Source of the DNA: Eledone cirrhosa | Taxonomy: Eukaryota | NCBI GenBank assembly: GCA_964016885.1 | Contig: OZ024741.1 | Span: forward strand, 367,784,001 to 367,848,000 | Direction: 5' to 3' | Length of the DNA: 64,000 nucleotides | Part shown: positions 63,132 to 64,000 of the stretch, piece by piece | Numbering within the stretch: position 1 is the stretch's first letter | Layout: every line of letters begins with the position of its first letter | Notes under the pieces: model-generated | What the model was told of the DNA's origin: nothing | The model's input: only the letters and a program-made list of their open reading frames with translations | Databases searched by the model: none | Translations under genes and position numbers: made by a program

Positions 63132-64000
63132 AAAGAGCGAAATATCGTATAGTAACGGGCCAGTGGTGCATTTGTCATGACAATAGCTCCAGGAGTGTCC
63201 AGCACGTTGTGAAATGTTGTGATCATCGAGTACAGGACAGAGTCGATGTAGAGATGATATGGCAAGATGTGTGTGACAGGAAGAGAAAAAAGAAATAAAC
63301 TATAAAATGACTTTGACCAGGTTTATGCAGGCATGATGAATGAGCCTGTTGCAATTTCGGTTGAGCTGCCTGTGAATTGCGTGACAAAAAGTCTAACTGG
63401 GCAGTGAAGATAACCGTAATGTGTGAACTGAATGGCCGTAAGCATGCTGCCTAAAAGTAAGTTTGCTCCACAGCATATGACTTGAGCGAATGCATGTGGT
63501 AAAAAAAATAGCGAGGCATTCTCGAGCTATTGAGTGAATATGTACGTGAAAAAAGAAGGCCAGTGTTTTGAGGATGCGATTTGTGAAATGCGTGATCAAA
63601 GAGAAAACATTTTGAAGTGTAAGAGTTAGAGGGACACAAATATCTATTGCTCAGTGTATGAACCAAAAGGTGAAACAAACGTGGTTGTATAGTATGCATG
63701 AAAAACAGAATATGTACACGCCTTGTATGTATATAAAAATTATGGCAATTACACAATCAATGTTACAGAACAAGAAAAGTAAAAAAATTTGAAAAACAAG
63801 AGAGAAGAAAAAAAAATGTTATACACAATGATATACAATGTTTGTTTTAAATAGTGTTTGTAATAAATAATGTTCATAATAAATAATGTTCTTCGTGACA
63901 TGAGCACATGGTCACTAAAAATTGCAATTGTTCAAGCAGAAAGTTCATTGTATTTGAAACTGGAAATAGTAAACACAAGAAAAATGGAAATGTTTTGCAC

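Noticed and set aside
63140-64000. Possible exon or promoter of a neighbouring gene
   Set aside because: Only short ORFs without motifs; nothing supportable.

Overview
AT-rich, microsatellite-laden eukaryotic (animal) DNA. The repeat content (abundant RTE LINEs with (ATG)n tails, tRNA-derived SINEs, (TA)/(TG) arrays) suggests an octopod cephalopod; this is an inference. There is one intact host gene: a + strand TatD-family nuclease of the TATDN2 type. It has five coding exons (29590-31330, 45163-45334, 46705-46834, 50894-51106, 54167-54313; 2403 nt, 800 aa) with consistent GT-AG splice phases and all TatD metal-ligand motifs. Nearly everything else I can identify is mobile DNA or simple repeat: a Tx1/L1-type element, RTE LINEs of two lineages, CRE-type RLE remnants, Penelope remnants, a hAT-Charlie fragment, piggyBac- and Tigger-like MITEs, non-autonomous Helitrons, SINEs and a very young non-autonomous LTR element. 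The most notable observations are four. (i) The TatD nuclease starts with a motif resembling an exon-junction-complex-binding motif. (ii) The LTR element's tRNA-Trp primer-binding site extends 32 nt and has T at tRNA position 58, consistent with reverse transcriptase reading through m1A58. (iii) A PHD finger is embedded in the RTE reverse transcriptase. (iv) A minimal hammerhead ribozyme lies at about 7.8 kb. All family assignments come from manual motif recognition; no searches were run.
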